Notes: a model not told the origin generated them from the letters alone. DNA of 64,000 nucleotides from Synechococcus sp. (GCA_047284725.1 JBJBEO010000001.1:2072203-2136202), one strand, 5' to 3'. Counted from the first letter of the stretch, positions 31,900 to 44,317 are shown. A program made the numbers and translations.

Positions 31900-32778
31900 A
31901 TGACGTCCCTGCAAAAACCTGACTGGCTGCGTGTTAAGGCGCCGCAAAGGGAGCGCATCGGCGCCGTGGCCGACATGCTCGTCGACCTCAAGCTGAACAC
32001 CGTCTGCCAGGAGGCCAGCTGTCCCAACATCGGCGAGTGCTTCGCCGGAGGTACAGCCACTTTTCTGATCATGGGGCCGGGCTGCACAAGAGCCTGCCCT
32101 TACTGCGATATCGACTTCGACAAGAGCGTGCGCACGCTCGATCCCACGGAGCCCGAGCGGCTTGGGGAAGCCGTGGCACGGATGGGCCTCAACCATGTGG
32201 TGATCACATCCGTGAACAGGGATGACCTTGACGACGGCGGTGCCTCTCAGTTTGTGGCCTGCATCGAGCAGGTGAAACAACGCTCTCCCCTCACCACGAT
32301 CGAACTGCTCATCCCAGACTTCTGCGGCAACTGGGATGCGCTGGCCACCGTGATGGAGGCGGCGCCACACGTGCTCAACCACAACATTGAGACCGTCCCC
32401 AGGCTGTACCGCCAAGCACGACCGCAGGGAGTGTATGAACGGTCTCTGGAGCTTCTCAAGCGGGTGCGCGACGGCTGGCCAAGTGTTTACACCAAATCAG
32501 GGCTGATGGTGGGCTTAGGTGAAAGCGATGCCGAGGTGATCGAGGTGCTGCACGACCTCCGTGAGCATCATGTCGACATCGTCACCATCGGCCAGTACCT
32601 GTCCCCAGGTCCGAAACACCTGCCTGTCGACCGATTCGTCACCCCTGAGCAGTTCGATCAGTATCGCCAGGAAGGCCAGCAGGATCTTGGCTTCCTCCAG
32701 GTGGTGAGTTCGCCCCTGACCCGCAGCAGTTATCACGCTGGAGAGGTGCAGCGCCTGATGCAGGCCCACCCTCGCTAG
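31900..32778 (+). CDS. lipA: Lipoyl synthase
   Basis: [26 protein letters not shown]. Confidence 0.97.
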   Translation: MTSLQKPDWLRVKAPQRERIGAVADMLVDLKLNTVCQEASCPNIGECFAGGTATFLIMGPGCTRACPYCDIDFDKSVRTLDPTEPERLGEAVARMGLNHVVITSVNRDDLDDGGASQFVACIEQVKQRSPLTTIELLIPDFCGNWDALATVMEAAPHVLNHNIETVPRLYRQARPQGVYERSLELLKRVRDGWPSVYTKSGLMVGLGESDAEVIEVLHDLREHHVDIVTIGQYLSPGPKHLPVDRFVTPEQFDQYRQEGQQDLGFLQVVSSPLTRSSYHAGEVQRLMQAHPR

Positions 32779-32781
32779 GCA

Positions 32782-33090
32782 TCAGACCTGCAGGTCGCCG
32801 AAGACGGGCCTCCAGGCATGCAGGCTCCAGTCGACCAAGCCGCGGGCAATCATCGGATCTTGACGAATCAAGGCCTCCGCTGCGAGGTAGCTCTCAGCCT
32901 CGAACACCAGAAAGCCTCCACCACCTGGCTTTTGATCAGCATCGACAAGAAAACCGCTGGCAACTCTCAGGCCCGATTCGTGTTGCCTCTCAACCCAGCG
33001 CCGGTGATCAGCGCAATGGGCCTGCCGCTGTTCTGAAGGCAAAGCCCTCATCGCAGCGGTAAAGGTTTCCTGCTTGATGAACCAGGGCAC
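32782..33090 (-). CDS. YciI family protein
   Basis: H..W, SGFLVD..GGGG, DPM motifs. Confidence 0.85.
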   Translation of the reverse strand: MPWFIKQETFTAAMRALPSEQRQAHCADHRRWVERQHESGLRVASGFLVDADQKPGGGGFLVFEAESYLAAEALIRQDPMIARGLVDWSLHAWRPVFGDLQV

Positions 33091-33103
33091 GAAGGCGCCT
33101 CAA

Positions 33104-36100
33104 TCAGGCGGCAACCGCCGCCCGCTCCTCCAGCCCCATGGCCTCTCGCTCACTGGGGGGAACCAGCACCTTGAAACGAGCCTTCGCCGCAGACCAGTCG
33201 GCCAGCAGAGCCGCGGCCTTTTCACTGCCGGTCGCTGTCAAATGCGCCTGCAACAACGTCTTCAGCATGGATTCCTGCTGGGCTGTGGTGATCGTGCACA
33301 CCTCGACGATCTCCGGATTCACGCGTGGACTCACCCGATCGTGATCATCCAGCAAGAAGGTGACACCGCCGGTCATACCGGCACCGACATTGCGGCCGGT
33401 GCTGCCGAGCACCACCACCACACCGCCTGTCATGTATTCACAGCAATGATCACCGGCTCCTTCCACAACCGTCCGAGCACCACTGTTGCGAACGCCGAAT
33501 CGCTCACCGGCGCGGCCATGGGCAAACAGCTCTCCTCCTGTGGCACCGTAGAGACAGGTATTCCCAAGAATCACCTGGTCGCCGGGGTTCGCCGTCGAGT
33601 CGGAGGGCACCAGCGTGATGCGACCGCTGTTCATGCCTTTCCCCACATAGTCGTTGGCTTCACCCTCGAGGCGCACGTTCATGCCCTGCACCAGGAAGGC
33701 CCCGAAGCTCTGGCCGGCAGCACCCCGGAAGGTGAGGTCAAGCTGGCCGTTGAAGCCTCGGTTGCCATGGCGCTCAGCGATCTCACCCGCGAGGCGGGCG
33801 CACACACTGCGATCGGTGTTAATGATCTCCACCGTGCGGGTCAGCGAAGCATGACCCTCGATCGCCGCCATGACGTTGGCATCGGCGAGGAGCTGGTCTT
33901 CAAGAATTGGACCATTGCCATGGGCCTCAGCGCTGTGGGTCAGCCAGGATCGGTCTTCAGAACCCTTGATCGGTGCCAGCAGGCTCGATAGATCAACACA
34001 TTGGGTCTTGGCCAAGGCCACAGAACGGGGCTGAAGCAATTCGGTGCGACCGATCAACTCCTCCAGACGGGCAACCCCGAGGAGACTCATGAGCTGACGC
34101 ACCTCCTCAGCCACGTACCAGAAGAAATTCACCACGTGCTCGGGGACACCGGTGAAACGCTTGCGGAGGTTCTCCTTCTGGGTCGCCACCCCCACAGGGC
34201 AGTTGTTGGTATGGCAAACGCGGGCCATCACACAACCCTCAGCGATCATCGCAATCGAACCAAAACCGTATTCCTCCGCTCCCAGCAGAGCGGCGATCAC
34301 CACATCCCAGCCGGTCTTGAGACCGCCATCAGCACGGAGCAACACGCGGTCGCGCAAACCATTCTCGAGCAGCGAGCGGTGCACTTCGGTGAGCCCCAGC
34401 TCCCAGGGCCCCCCGGCGTGCTTGATGGAACTCAGGGGAGAGGCCCCGGTTCCGCCGTCATGACCGGAAATCTGAATCACATCAGCATTGGCCTTCGCCA
34501 CGCCAGCCGCGATGGTGCCGATGCCGATCTCAGCCACCAACTTCACACTCACCGGTGCTGCAGGGTGCACCTGATGCAAATCATGGATTAGCTGGGCGAG
34601 ATCTTCGATCGAATAGATGTCGTGATGGGGAGGCGGTGAAATCAGGGCCACACCAGGCTTGCTGTTCCGCAGCCAGGCGATGTACTTGTCCACCTTCGGC
34701 CCGGGCAGCTGACCTCCTTCTCCAGGCTTGGCCCCTTGAGCCACCTTGATTTCCAGCTGCTTACCGCTGCGCAGATATTCAGCGGTCACTCCAAAGCGAC
34801 CAGATGCGATCTGTTTGATGGCCGAGCAGGCGGTGTCGCCATTGCGGAGACCTCCGATGCTCGGGAAGGCCGCGGAGCGTCCCTCGGCATCAACATCCTT
34901 CAGAACCTGGAAGCGGGCGGGATCTTCTCCGCCCTCGCCACTGTTGCTCTTGCCACCGATACGGTTCATCGCCACCGCCAGCACCTCGTGGGCTTCCCGA
35001 GACAACGCTCCGAGGCTCATCCCACCGGTGCAGAAACGCGTGCAGATGCTCTCCACACTCTCCACCTGATCGAGTGGAAGCGGGGTAGGCGCCAGCTTGA
35101 ACTCAAGCAGATCACGCAGGGCCATCACCGGACGGTTCGACAGCAGGGCTTGATACGTGGAGAAGTGGTCGTAACCGGGGCCTTGCGCCACCGCCTTGTG
35201 CAACGCCTTTGACAACTCAGGGTTGTTGCGGTGGTACTCGGCACCACTGCGGTACTGCACGAACCCCATGAACTCGAGCTTGCTGCGGTTGAGTTCGGGG
35301 AACGCCTTGGCATGCATCGAGAGGGTCTCATTGGCCAGTTCCGCCAAGGTCATGCCGGCGACACGACTGGTGGTACCGGCAAAAGCGGTGTCGATGACAT
35401 CAGCCCCCAGGCCGATCGCCTCGAAAATCTGGGCACCGTGGTAACTGGCCAGAAGCGAGATGCCGATTTTGGAAAGAATTTTGCGCAGACCGTTTTCGAG
35501 CGAATCACGCACGTTCGCCTGCACCTGATTGGCATCAAGCGCAGGCAGCTTGCCCTGCTCGATTCGCTTCTGGGTCTTGGGGTGGTCGAGCCAGTGCCGC
35601 GTGGTCTCCCAGGTGAGCCAAGGACAAACAGCACTGGCGCCATAGCCGATTAAACAGGCCAGATGATGCGTGCTCCAGCACTGCGCCGTGTCGACCACCA
35701 GAGAACACTGCAAGCGCAGCTTCTGACGCAGCAAGTGGTGGTGCACGGCACCCACGGCCAGCAGCGCCGGCATCGCGACGGTGGTGGCATTGAGCGGGGC
35801 CGCTGCTCCCATGGCATCGACACGGTCGGACAGCACCAACACCTGGGCTCCTGAACGAACCGCCTGTTCAGCCGCGTTGCACAGGGCATCGAGGGCGGAT
35901 TTGAGGCTGCCGGTGCAAGCTTCCACGGCCACCTGCGTGGAGAGAGTCTGCACCGGCAAACCCTGCTGACCGATCTCTCCGAGCTCGGCTTCATTCAGCA
36001 CCGGGCTCTCGAGATGAATCACCGCAGCCGCCTCGGCCTGGGGCCTTAAGGCCGGACGACGCTCGCCAAGGTGCATCTCAAGGCTCATCACCAATTTCTC

Positions 36101-37702
36101 CCGCAGGGGATCAATCGGTGGATTCGTGACCTGCGCGAATCGCTGTTTGAAGTAGTCGTACAGCAGGTGCGGCTTGTCAGAGAGGACGGCCAGGGGGATG
36201 TCGTCCCCCATGCAGTAGGTCGGCTCTTTGCCAAGGGCCGCCATATCTTCGATGATCAGATCAAAGTCTTCGGCGGTGAAACCCATCGCCGTCTGGAGGC
36301 GTAAGAGATCCAGTTCGCCGATCTGTCGTTCCTGGCTCCAAGGCTGAGGGGCAACGCGGCGGCGGTGCTGATGGAGCCAGTCGGCGTAAGGGAAGCGACG
36401 GGCAGCATCTTCCTTGACCGACCAATTGTCGAGGAGCTGACCACCTTCAAGATCCACGGCCAGCATCTGACCGGGGCCCAGACGGCCTTTCTGAACCACG
36501 GTCTTGCCACTGAGATCGACCACGCCGGTCTCCGAGCCCATGATCACAAAGCCGTCCGCGGTGGTACACCAACGGGCTGGACGCAGACCATTGCGATCCA
36601 AGGTGGCGCCGACCCTCTTGCCATCAGCAAAGACCAGCAGAGCAGGCCCATCCCAAGGCTCCTGAATGCCCGCGTTGAATTCATACATCGCCGTCACGTC
36701 CGGACGACGATCCAGATCAGGCTGGTTGCGGAAGGCCTCCGGAACGAGGGTGATCAGGCTGTCGGTGATCGACCGACCACTGCGCACCATCAGCTCCAAC
36801 ATGGCATCAAGGTTGGCGGAATCGCTGAACGCTGGATTCACGACCGGAATCAATTCATCGGCCGCCTCCCCCCAGACATTTTCAAGGCTGGCTTCCGAAG
36901 CCTTCGCCCAGTTGAGGTTGCCAAGGAGGGTGTTGATTTCGCCGTTGTGCCCCAGAAGACGCATCGGCTGAGCCAGAGGCCAACGGGGCAGCGTATTGGT
37001 GCTGAAGCGGCGGTGGTACACCGCAAAACTCACTGCAAAACGAGGGTCCTGAAGGTCGGCGTAGTACTGCGCCAACACTTCAGAGCGCACCATGCCCTTG
37101 TAAACAACGGTGCGACTGCTGAGGGAGGCGACATAGAGGTCATGAATGCCTCCGGCGCCAAACACCTCTCGGGCACGGGCGCCGATGCGCCGACGCAATC
37201 GCAGCAGCAGCCCTTCGAAGGCATCGTCATCACAACTGCCGGCGAGGAGCCACTGTTCAATCACCGGGGCCGTCTCACGCGCGAGCGGGCCCAGAACGGC
37301 TGGATTGACGGGAACACCACGCCAGCCCAATGGGCTCAGACCAAGAGCGACGGCCTCCTCCTCGCAGAAGCGTCGCGCCTGTTCCCGGCGCGTTTCATCC
37401 TTCGGCAGAAAAAGCATGCCGAGGCCCTTCGCAGCACCCGCCTCAGGCCAAACCGCCTTGAGGTAGTCCCAAGGGATCTGACACAGCACCCCAGCCCCGT
37501 CACCGGAATCTCCATCACCACCACAACCACCACGGTGCTCCATGCAGCCCAACCCGCGCAGGGCTTGCTGAAGCACCCAATGACTGGCCTCGCCATTCAG
37601 ATGGGCAAGAAAACCAACGCCGCAAGCATCTCTCTCACCTGCAATGGCTTCAGGAGCGCTGGTATCGCAGTGGGGCCAGACGGAGGCGGGAAGTTGGGTC
37701 AT
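33104..37702 (-). CDS. glsF: Ferredoxin-dependent glutamate synthase
   Basis: DACGVGF, HRRFSTNT, QGAKPGEGGQL, CVMARVCHTNNCP; no small subunit adjacent. Confidence 0.96.
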   Translation of the reverse strand: MTQLPASVWPHCDTSAPEAIAGERDACGVGFLAHLNGEASHWVLQQALRGLGCMEHRGGCGGDGDSGDGAGVLCQIPWDYLKAVWPEAGAAKGLGMLFLPKDETRREQARRFCEEEAVALGLSPLGWRGVPVNPAVLGPLARETAPVIEQWLLAGSCDDDAFEGLLLRLRRRIGARAREVFGAGGIHDLYVASLSSRTVVYKGMVRSEVLAQYYADLQDPRFAVSFAVYHRRFSTNTLPRWPLAQPMRLLGHNGEINTLLGNLNWAKASEASLENVWGEAADELIPVVNPAFSDSANLDAMLELMVRSGRSITDSLITLVPEAFRNQPDLDRRPDVTAMYEFNAGIQEPWDGPALLVFADGKRVGATLDRNGLRPARWCTTADGFVIMGSETGVVDLSGKTVVQKGRLGPGQMLAVDLEGGQLLDNWSVKEDAARRFPYADWLHQHRRRVAPQPWSQERQIGELDLLRLQTAMGFTAEDFDLIIEDMAALGKEPTYCMGDDIPLAVLSDKPHLLYDYFKQRFAQVTNPPIDPLREKLVMSLEMHLGERRPALRPQAEAAAVIHLESPVLNEAELGEIGQQGLPVQTLSTQVAVEACTGSLKSALDALCNAAEQAVRSGAQVLVLSDRVDAMGAAAPLNATTVAMPALLAVGAVHHHLLRQKLRLQCSLVVDTAQCWSTHHLACLIGYGASAVCPWLTWETTRHWLDHPKTQKRIEQGKLPALDANQVQANVRDSLENGLRKILSKIGISLLASYHGAQIFEAIGLGADVIDTAFAGTTSRVAGMTLAELANETLSMHAKAFPELNRSKLEFMGFVQYRSGAEYHRNNPELSKALHKAVAQGPGYDHFSTYQALLSNRPVMALRDLLEFKLAPTPLPLDQVESVESICTRFCTGGMSLGALSREAHEVLAVAMNRIGGKSNSGEGGEDPARFQVLKDVDAEGRSAAFPSIGGLRNGDTACSAIKQIASGRFGVTAEYLRSGKQLEIKVAQGAKPGEGGQLPGPKVDKYIAWLRNSKPGVALISPPPHHDIYSIEDLAQLIHDLHQVHPAAPVSVKLVAEIGIGTIAAGVAKANADVIQISGHDGGTGASPLSSIKHAGGPWELGLTEVHRSLLENGLRDRVLLRADGGLKTGWDVVIAALLGAEEYGFGSIAMIAEGCVMARVCHTNNCPVGVATQKENLRKRFTGVPEHVVNFFWYVAEEVRQLMSLLGVARLEELIGRTELLQPRSVALAKTQCVDLSSLLAPIKGSEDRSWLTHSAEAHGNGPILEDQLLADANVMAAIEGHASLTRTVEIINTDRSVCARLAGEIAERHGNRGFNGQLDLTFRGAAGQSFGAFLVQGMNVRLEGEANDYVGKGMNSGRITLVPSDSTANPGDQVILGNTCLYGATGGELFAHGRAGERFGVRNSGARTVVEGAGDHCCEYMTGGVVVVLGSTGRNVGAGMTGGVTFLLDDHDRVSPRVNPEIVEVCTITTAQQESMLKTLLQAHLTATGSEKAAALLADWSAAKARFKVLVPPSEREAMGLEERAAVAA

Positions 37703-37819
37703 GTCTTTCGATCGAATCGGTCGTCAGCCGCAGTCGCTTGCACCCCGCGGAAGCGCTGACGCGATTGATGATCCTAAGGAGCCGTGGTGCGCCCTTGAAA
37801 TCCAGCTAGCGTCCACTGC

Positions 37820-39514
37820 ATGGTTTCGCCGCCGCCTCCACCGGCTCCGATCTCGGAGATTCGTGCCGCTCAACCCACGAAGGGGTCAAACCTGCGCCTG
37901 GCCGGAAGCGTTATCAAAAGTGGCTGGCTATGGATAGGGATCAGCCGTCGCGACCCTGAACAGCTGTGGTTGCCGCTCGACACCCTCACCGGCAGATTTG
38001 GCATTCAGCGCAGCCCCACTCGATCAGGCGAGCAACTGGAGTGGTACGGCAAGAAGGCACTCCTGAGCAGCTTTCAACAACGCAGCATCGACGATGAAGT
38101 CTCTCTCGAGATCAGCGGGTGGTTGCGTGACATCGGCGTCCGCCTCGAGCGTTCAGGAGACTCGCTCGCCGTCAACCTGCCTGCTCCGCGACTGATTCGA
38201 CTGCGGCGGGGCAAAGGCAGCACAGCCAACCGCCTTGTCCTGGACCTCAGCGGTCCTGCCCTCTTGCAACGCCAGGGCAATGATCTGGTGATCGGTCTCA
38301 CGACCACCCCAGCCCAGGACGGTCAGCTGCGATTGATGGGGCTTCGACCGCAGCGGCAACAACAGAACCTCACCCTGCTTGGCCAGGCCAGCAGCCTCAG
38401 CACCCTCACCCTTGCCAGCCCTTGGCGGATTGTGCTCGATGGCCTCCGCAACGGCTCCAATAGCAACGCATCATCAAGCCAGGATCCCCTGGCCGCATCC
38501 CTGCTCAATCCGGCCGTTCAAGCGCTGACGCGCCGGGGACTGGTGCTTGACAAGCGTGTGGTCAAGGTGGGGGTCAAGCCACTCCTGATCTATCGCGTCG
38601 GTACCGACCCCCGCAGCCACCAACTCAACCTGCGCCCCCTGGCACCCAGCAGCGGCCAACAGGGACTGCGTTTTCTCACGCAATTCGCCCAACCGGAAGG
38701 TGCTCTCTTTGCTGTGAATGGCGGCTTCTTCAATCGGGTCCGTCAACTACCTCTGGGGGCAGTGAAACGTGATGGCACCTGGTTATCCGGGCCCATCCTC
38801 AATCGAGGTGCCATCGGCTGGAGTGGCAGTGAGAGACTTCGATTCGGCCGTTTGCAGCTTCGCCAAGAGCTGGTGGTGGATGGTGGACAACGCTGGGGAC
38901 TTGGTCACCTCAACAGCGGCTATGTCCAACGAGGGCTCAGCCGCTATGACCGTGCCTGGGGCAGGACCTACAGAGCCCTCAGTGGTCAGGAAAAGGCCAT
39001 CACCGTGATTGATGGGCAGGTGCGTTCGGTCCACGACCAGGCCACCCTCAGTCGCGGTGTTCCGATCCCCATCAAGGGAGATCTGGTCGTCGCTCGCGCT
39101 GGCGCTCCCCTGCCAGCGCGGCCTGGCCAACGGGTGAGGATTCAAACCAGCAGCTCAGACCCCCTCGGCAACGAAGACCAGGTCATCGGTGGTGGCCCTC
39201 TTCTGCTTCGAAACGGGAGCGTTGTGCTGAACGGCCGTTCCGAAGGGTTCAGTGCAGGGTTCCTCTCACTGTCCGCTCCTCGCACGGTGGTCGCCCAAGA
39301 CCAGAAACGGATGTGGCTGATGACTCTGGAAGGCACAAGCAGCGATCCCACCTTGCTGGAGACCAGCCTTGCCCTCCGCCAACTGGGCATCACTGACGCC
39401 CTCAACCTTGATGGTGGAAGCTCCACGTCGTTTGTGGTGGCGAACCGCTTGGTGATGACAGGCCGAGGGATGGCGCCCAGAATTCAGAACGCCCTGGGGT
39501 TGGTGCCAAAGTGA
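37820..39514 (+). CDS. Phosphodiester glycosidase (NAGPA) family protein
   Basis: AVNGGFF, GGGPLL, APRT, ALNLDGGSS. Confidence 0.88.
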   Translation: MVSPPPPPAPISEIRAAQPTKGSNLRLAGSVIKSGWLWIGISRRDPEQLWLPLDTLTGRFGIQRSPTRSGEQLEWYGKKALLSSFQQRSIDDEVSLEISGWLRDIGVRLERSGDSLAVNLPAPRLIRLRRGKGSTANRLVLDLSGPALLQRQGNDLVIGLTTTPAQDGQLRLMGLRPQRQQQNLTLLGQASSLSTLTLASPWRIVLDGLRNGSNSNASSSQDPLAASLLNPAVQALTRRGLVLDKRVVKVGVKPLLIYRVGTDPRSHQLNLRPLAPSSGQQGLRFLTQFAQPEGALFAVNGGFFNRVRQLPLGAVKRDGTWLSGPILNRGAIGWSGSERLRFGRLQLRQELVVDGGQRWGLGHLNSGYVQRGLSRYDRAWGRTYRALSGQEKAITVIDGQVRSVHDQATLSRGVPIPIKGDLVVARAGAPLPARPGQRVRIQTSSSDPLGNEDQVIGGGPLLLRNGSVVLNGRSEGFSAGFLSLSAPRTVVAQDQKRMWLMTLEGTSSDPTLLETSLALRQLGITDALNLDGGSSTSFVVANRLVMTGRGMAPRIQNALGLVPK

Positions 39515-39539
39515 TATGCATTCCCGTGTTGTGGCGTTG

Positions 39540-39866
39540 ATGGGCACCAACCTTCAGATCACGCCTTCCGCCGCTGCGGAATTAGGCCGACAGGCCGCTG
39601 TTGCGGGAACCCCCGGGCAGATGTTTCTCGATCTGGTGCCAGGCAGCTGCGAAACCCATGCGATCCGCCTTCAACCTGGGACCATGGGAGGGATCCCTGT
39701 GGCGCGGGGAGACGGAATCACGCTGCATGCACCGGCGGCCCAGCTGGCAAACCTGACTGGTCTTTGCCTGGACTACCGCAGCGATCTCAGCGGTGGTGGT
39801 TTCCTGATCTCTGCAGACCGAGACATCCGCAGCTGCGCCTGCGGCAGCGCTTTCAGCAGGCTTTGA
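39540..39866 (+). CDS. HesB/IscA-like Fe-S assembly accessory protein
   Basis: ITPSAA, GSC, LDY, CACGSAF. Confidence 0.85.
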   Translation: MGTNLQITPSAAAELGRQAAVAGTPGQMFLDLVPGSCETHAIRLQPGTMGGIPVARGDGITLHAPAAQLANLTGLCLDYRSDLSGGGFLISADRDIRSCACGSAFSRL

Positions 39867-39941
39867 GGAGAGGGTCAGGCGACCCGGTATTGTGGTGGAT
39901 TGTCGAACCAGGTCGGGTCTCCGGCCGCAAACCGACCGTCG

Positions 39942-40316
39942 ATGCCAACCATCCAACAACTGATCCGTAACGAGCGCCAGAGCTCCAAGGCGAAAACCAA
40001 ATCGCCAGCTCTGCGTTCCTGCCCAGAGCGCCGCGGCGTGTGCACCCGCGTGTACACCTCAACTCCCAAGAAACCGAACTCGGCTCTCCGCAAGGTGGCG
40101 CGTGTGCGCCTGACCTCCGGTTTTGAGGTGACTGCATACATCGGTGGTATTGGTCACAATCTCCAGGAACACTCCGTGGTGCTGATCCGCGGCGGTCGTG
40201 TGAAAGACCTGCCTGGTGTGCGCTACCACATCATCCGCGGCACGCTCGATACCGCTGGTGTGAAAGATCGTCGCCAGTCACGTTCCAAGTACGGCGCCAA
40301 AGCGCCCAAGGAGTGA
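39942..40316 (+). CDS. rpsL: 30S ribosomal protein S12
   Basis: MPTIQQL, PKKPNSA, RVKDLPG. Confidence 0.99.
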   Translation: MPTIQQLIRNERQSSKAKTKSPALRSCPERRGVCTRVYTSTPKKPNSALRKVARVRLTSGFEVTAYIGGIGHNLQEHSVVLIRGGRVKDLPGVRYHIIRGTLDTAGVKDRRQSRSKYGAKAPKE

Positions 40317-40352
40317 TGAATAAAGGGGAACTTTTGATCCCCTTCATTCATC
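40315..40352 (+). other. Intergenic hairpin between rpsL and rpsG
   Basis: GATGAAT-AAAGGGGA...TCCCCTT-C-ATTCATC inverted repeat. Confidence 0.6.
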
Positions 40353-40393
40353 GAACCGCAGTCTTTATCTTCGTTCCCATCCACTGACAGTTC

Positions 40394-40864
40394 ATGTCAC
40401 GCCGTAACGCCGCCGTCAAGCGCCCGATCCTTCCCGATCCCCAGTTCAACAATCGCCTCGCCACGATGATGGTGGCCCGTTTGATGAAGCATGGGAAAAA
40501 GTCCACTGCGCAACGGATCCTCTCCGACGCTTTCGGCTTAATCGGCGAGCGTACCGGCGGTGATCCTGTTGAGCTGTTTGAAACCGCTGTGAAGAACGCC
40601 ACCCCTTTGGTGGAAGTGCGTGCTCGCCGGGTTGGTGGAGCCACCTACCAGGTCCCCATGGAAGTGCGCCAGGAGCGAGGCACGGCCATGGCACTGCGTT
40701 GGCTGGTGAGCTTCTCCCGCTCCCGTAATGGCCGCAGCATGGCTCAGAAGCTTGCTGGCGAGCTGATGGATGCTGCCAACGAAGCTGGCAACGCCGTTCG
40801 CAAGCGCGAAGAGACCCACAAGATGGCTGAAGCCAACAAAGCCTTCGCCCACTACCGCTACTGA
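40394..40864 (+). CDS. rpsG: 30S ribosomal protein S7
   Basis: [22 protein letters not shown]. Confidence 0.99.
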   Translation: MSRRNAAVKRPILPDPQFNNRLATMMVARLMKHGKKSTAQRILSDAFGLIGERTGGDPVELFETAVKNATPLVEVRARRVGGATYQVPMEVRQERGTAMALRWLVSFSRSRNGRSMAQKLAGELMDAANEAGNAVRKREETHKMAEANKAFAHYRY

Positions 40865-40950
40865 TCCAGCACCGCCTCGGGACCCTTAACACTCCGAGAC
40901 GAACCTGTAGGATCACCACCGCCTTTTTACGCCCCACCCCGGAGTTTTCT

Positions 40951-43026
40951 GTGGCTCGCGCCTTTCCCCTGGAACGCGTCAGAAATATTGGTATCGCCGC
41001 CCACATTGACGCGGGCAAAACCACCACAACCGAACGCATCCTGTTTTATTCGGGTGTGGTTCACAAAATTGGTGAGGTGCACGATGGTGCAGCCGTCACC
41101 GACTGGATGGCACAGGAGCGCGAGCGTGGCATCACCATCACGGCGGCCGCGATTTCCACCAGCTGGAAGGACCACCGGATCAACATCATTGATACCCCTG
41201 GTCACGTCGACTTCACCATCGAGGTGGAGCGCTCCATGCGCGTGCTTGATGGGGTGATCGCCGTCTTCTGCGCTGTGGGTGGCGTGCAGCCCCAGTCCGA
41301 GACGGTCTGGCGCCAAGCCGATCGCTATTCAGTACCGCGGATGGTGTTCGTGAACAAGATGGACCGCACCGGTGCGGACTTCCTCAAGGTTCACGGCCAG
41401 ATCAAGGATCGCCTCAAGGCCAATGCTGTTCCCATTCAGCTGCCGATCGGTGCTGAAGGAGAACTCAGCGGCATCATCGACCTGGTCGAGAACAAGGCAC
41501 ACATCTACAAGGACGACCTCGGTCAGGACATCGAAGTCACCGATGTGCCCGCCGACATGAAGGATCAGGTCGAGGAATGGCGCAACGTGCTGATGGAAGC
41601 CGTTGCTGAAACCGACGAGGCCTTGATCGAGAAGTTCCTCGAAGAAGGTGAGCTCAGCGTTGAAGAGCTCAAGAAAGGCGTTCGTGAGGGCGTGCTGAAG
41701 CATGGCCTGGTCCCGATGCTGTGTGGCTCCGCCTTCAAGAACAAAGGTGTGCAGCTGGTCCTCGATGCCGTCGTCGACTATCTGCCTGCCCCTGTGGATG
41801 TCCCACCCATCCAGGGTGTTCTGCCTGATGGCAAGGAAGCTGTTCGTCCCTCCGACGACAACGCTCCCTTCAGTGCTTTGGCCTTCAAAGTCATGGCCGA
41901 CCCCTACGGAAAACTCACCTTTGTCCGGATGTACTCCGGCGTCCTGGAGAAGGGCAGCTATGTGCTCAACTCCACCAAAGGCGAGAAAGAGCGCATCTCC
42001 CGTCTCGTTGTGCTCAAAGCCGACGATCGCGAAGAAGTCGACGCCCTGCGGGCAGGCGATCTGGGTGCCGTTCTGGGTCTGAAAGCCACCACCACCGGTG
42101 ACACGCTCTGCGCCTCAGACGATCCGATCGTTCTGGAGACCCTGTTTGTTCCGGAGCCTGTGATTTCCGTGGCTGTGGAACCCAAGACCAAAGGTGACAT
42201 GGAAAAGCTGTCCAAGGCTTTGGTGGCCCTGGCCGAAGAAGACCCCACCTTCCGTGTGAACACCGATGCGGAAACAGGCCAGACGGTGATCGCCGGTATG
42301 GGCGAACTCCACCTCGAAATCTTGGTGGATCGCATGCTGCGTGAATTCAAGGTGGAAGCCAACATCGGCGCACCTCAGGTCTCGTACCGCGAAACGATTC
42401 GCGCTTCCTCCAAGGGCGAAGGCAAGTTCTCGCGCCAGACCGGTGGTAAAGGCCAATACGGCCATGTGGTGATCGAAATGGAGCCGGGCGAACCTGAGTC
42501 AGGCTTTGAATTCGTCAACAAAATTGTTGGCGGCGTCGTTCCTAAGGAATTCATCAAGCCCTCTGAGATGGGCATGAAGGAAACCTGCGAATCCGGCGTG
42601 ATCGCCGGATTCCCCATGATCGACATCAAAGTCACCATGGTGGATGGGTCCTATCACGACGTGGACTCTTCGGAGATGGCGTTTAAGATCGCCGGCTCCA
42701 TGGCTTTCAAAGATGCGGTCAAGAAGTGCAATCCTGTACTTCTTGAGCCGATGATGAAGGTCGAGGTCGAAGTTCCCGAGGACTTCCTCGGCTCGATCAT
42801 CGGTGACCTGTCCTCCCGTCGAGGACAGGTTGAAGGTCAGGCAATTGACGATGGCACGTCAAAAGTCTCGGCCAAGGTGCCCTTGGCCGAGATGTTCGGC
42901 TACGCCACCGAGCTCCGATCCATGACCCAGGGTCGGGGTATTTTCTCGATGGAATTCAGCCACTACGAGGATGTTCCTCGCAATGTGGCCGAGGCCATCA
43001 TCTCCAAGAATCAGGGCAATTCCTGA
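40951..43026 (+). CDS. fusA: Elongation factor G
   Basis: [21 protein letters not shown]. Confidence 0.99.
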   Translation: MARAFPLERVRNIGIAAHIDAGKTTTTERILFYSGVVHKIGEVHDGAAVTDWMAQERERGITITAAAISTSWKDHRINIIDTPGHVDFTIEVERSMRVLDGVIAVFCAVGGVQPQSETVWRQADRYSVPRMVFVNKMDRTGADFLKVHGQIKDRLKANAVPIQLPIGAEGELSGIIDLVENKAHIYKDDLGQDIEVTDVPADMKDQVEEWRNVLMEAVAETDEALIEKFLEEGELSVEELKKGVREGVLKHGLVPMLCGSAFKNKGVQLVLDAVVDYLPAPVDVPPIQGVLPDGKEAVRPSDDNAPFSALAFKVMADPYGKLTFVRMYSGVLEKGSYVLNSTKGEKERISRLVVLKADDREEVDALRAGDLGAVLGLKATTTGDTLCASDDPIVLETLFVPEPVISVAVEPKTKGDMEKLSKALVALAEEDPTFRVNTDAETGQTVIAGMGELHLEILVDRMLREFKVEANIGAPQVSYRETIRASSKGEGKFSRQTGGKGQYGHVVIEMEPGEPESGFEFVNKIVGGVVPKEFIKPSEMGMKETCESGVIAGFPMIDIKVTMVDGSYHDVDSSEMAFKIAGSMAFKDAVKKCNPVLLEPMMKVEVEVPEDFLGSIIGDLSSRRGQVEGQAIDDGTSKVSAKVPLAEMFGYATELRSMTQGRGIFSMEFSHYEDVPRNVAEAIISKNQGNS

Positions 43027-43068
43027 TCTCTACCCACCCTCAAATTCACCCCCGATTCTTTAACAACA

Positions 43069-44268
43069 ATGGCACGCGAGAAGTTCGAAAGGAACAAGCC
43101 CCACGTCAACATCGGCACCATTGGTCACGTTGACCACGGCAAAACCACCCTCACCGCTGCGATCACCAACGTGCTCGCCAAGAAGGGCCAGGCCCAAGTT
43201 CAGAATTATGCCGATATTGACGGTGCTCCTGAGGAGCGCGAGCGCGGCATCACCATCAATACCGCTCACGTCGAGTACGAAACCGACTCACGTCACTACG
43301 CCCACGTCGACTGTCCTGGTCACGCGGACTACGTGAAGAACATGATCACCGGTGCCGCTCAGATGGATGGCGCCATCCTCGTGTGTGCCGCCACCGACGG
43401 CCCCATGGCCCAGACCAAGGAGCACATCCTCTTGGCCAAGCAAGTGGGCGTGCCCGCTTTGGTGGTCGCACTGAACAAGTGCGACATGGTGGATGACGAA
43501 GAGATCATCGAACTGGTGGAGCTAGAGATCCGCGAACTGCTCTCCAGCTACGACTTCCCCGGCGACGACATCCCCGTGGTGCAGGTCTCTGGCCTGAAGG
43601 CCATCGAAGGCGAAGCGGAGTGGGAAGCCAAGATCGAAGAACTGATGGCCGCCGTGGATGCCAACATCCCTGAGCCTGAGCGTGAGATCGACAAGCCTTT
43701 CCTGATGGCTGTCGAGGACGTCTTCTCCATCACCGGTCGTGGCACCGTTGCCACGGGTCGGATTGAGCGTGGTGTCGTCAAAGTCGGCGAAGAGATCGAA
43801 ATCGTCGGCATCAAGGACACCCGCAAAACCACCGTTACCGGTGTGGAAATGTTCCGCAAGCTGCTCGACCAGGGCATGGCTGGCGACAACGTCGGCCTGC
43901 TGCTGCGCGGCATCCAGAAGGAAGACATCGAGCGCGGCATGGTGCTCGTGAAGCCCGGCTCCATCACCCCTCACACCAAGTTCGAGGGTCAGGTGTACGT
44001 GCTCAAGAAGGAAGAAGGTGGCCGCCACACCCCCTTCTTCGCTGGCTACCGCCCGCAGTTCTACATCCGTACAACGGACGTGACTGGCCAGATCACTGCC
44101 TTCACCGCTGAAGACGGCTCCAACGTCGAAATGGTGATGCCTGGTGACAACATCAAGATGACGGGCGAGCTGATCTGCCCCGTCGCCATCGAGCAAGGCA
44201 TGCGCTTCGCCATTCGCGAAGGCGGCCGCACCATCGGTGCTGGCGTGGTGTCCAAGATCATCGAGTGA
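43069..44268 (+). CDS. tuf: Elongation factor Tu
   Basis: [26 protein letters not shown]. Confidence 0.99.
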   Translation: MAREKFERNKPHVNIGTIGHVDHGKTTLTAAITNVLAKKGQAQVQNYADIDGAPEERERGITINTAHVEYETDSRHYAHVDCPGHADYVKNMITGAAQMDGAILVCAATDGPMAQTKEHILLAKQVGVPALVVALNKCDMVDDEEIIELVELEIRELLSSYDFPGDDIPVVQVSGLKAIEGEAEWEAKIEELMAAVDANIPEPEREIDKPFLMAVEDVFSITGRGTVATGRIERGVVKVGEEIEIVGIKDTRKTTVTGVEMFRKLLDQGMAGDNVGLLLRGIQKEDIERGMVLVKPGSITPHTKFEGQVYVLKKEEGGRHTPFFAGYRPQFYIRTTDVTGQITAFTAEDGSNVEMVMPGDNIKMTGELICPVAIEQGMRFAIREGGRTIGAGVVSKIIE

Positions 44269-44288
44269 TCACGGTCGCTTGATGAAGC

Positions 44289-44317
44289 GGATGGGGGGCT
44301 CTCAAGCTCCCCCATCC
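44289..44317 (+). terminator. Hairpin after tuf (terminator or stabiliser)
   Basis: GGATGGGGGGCT-CTCA-AGCTCCCCCATCC; weak U-tract. Confidence 0.6.

Noticed and set aside
31546..32415. 289-aa minus-strand ORF spanning tRNA-Pro
   Set aside because: Antisense to lipA and runs through a tRNA gene
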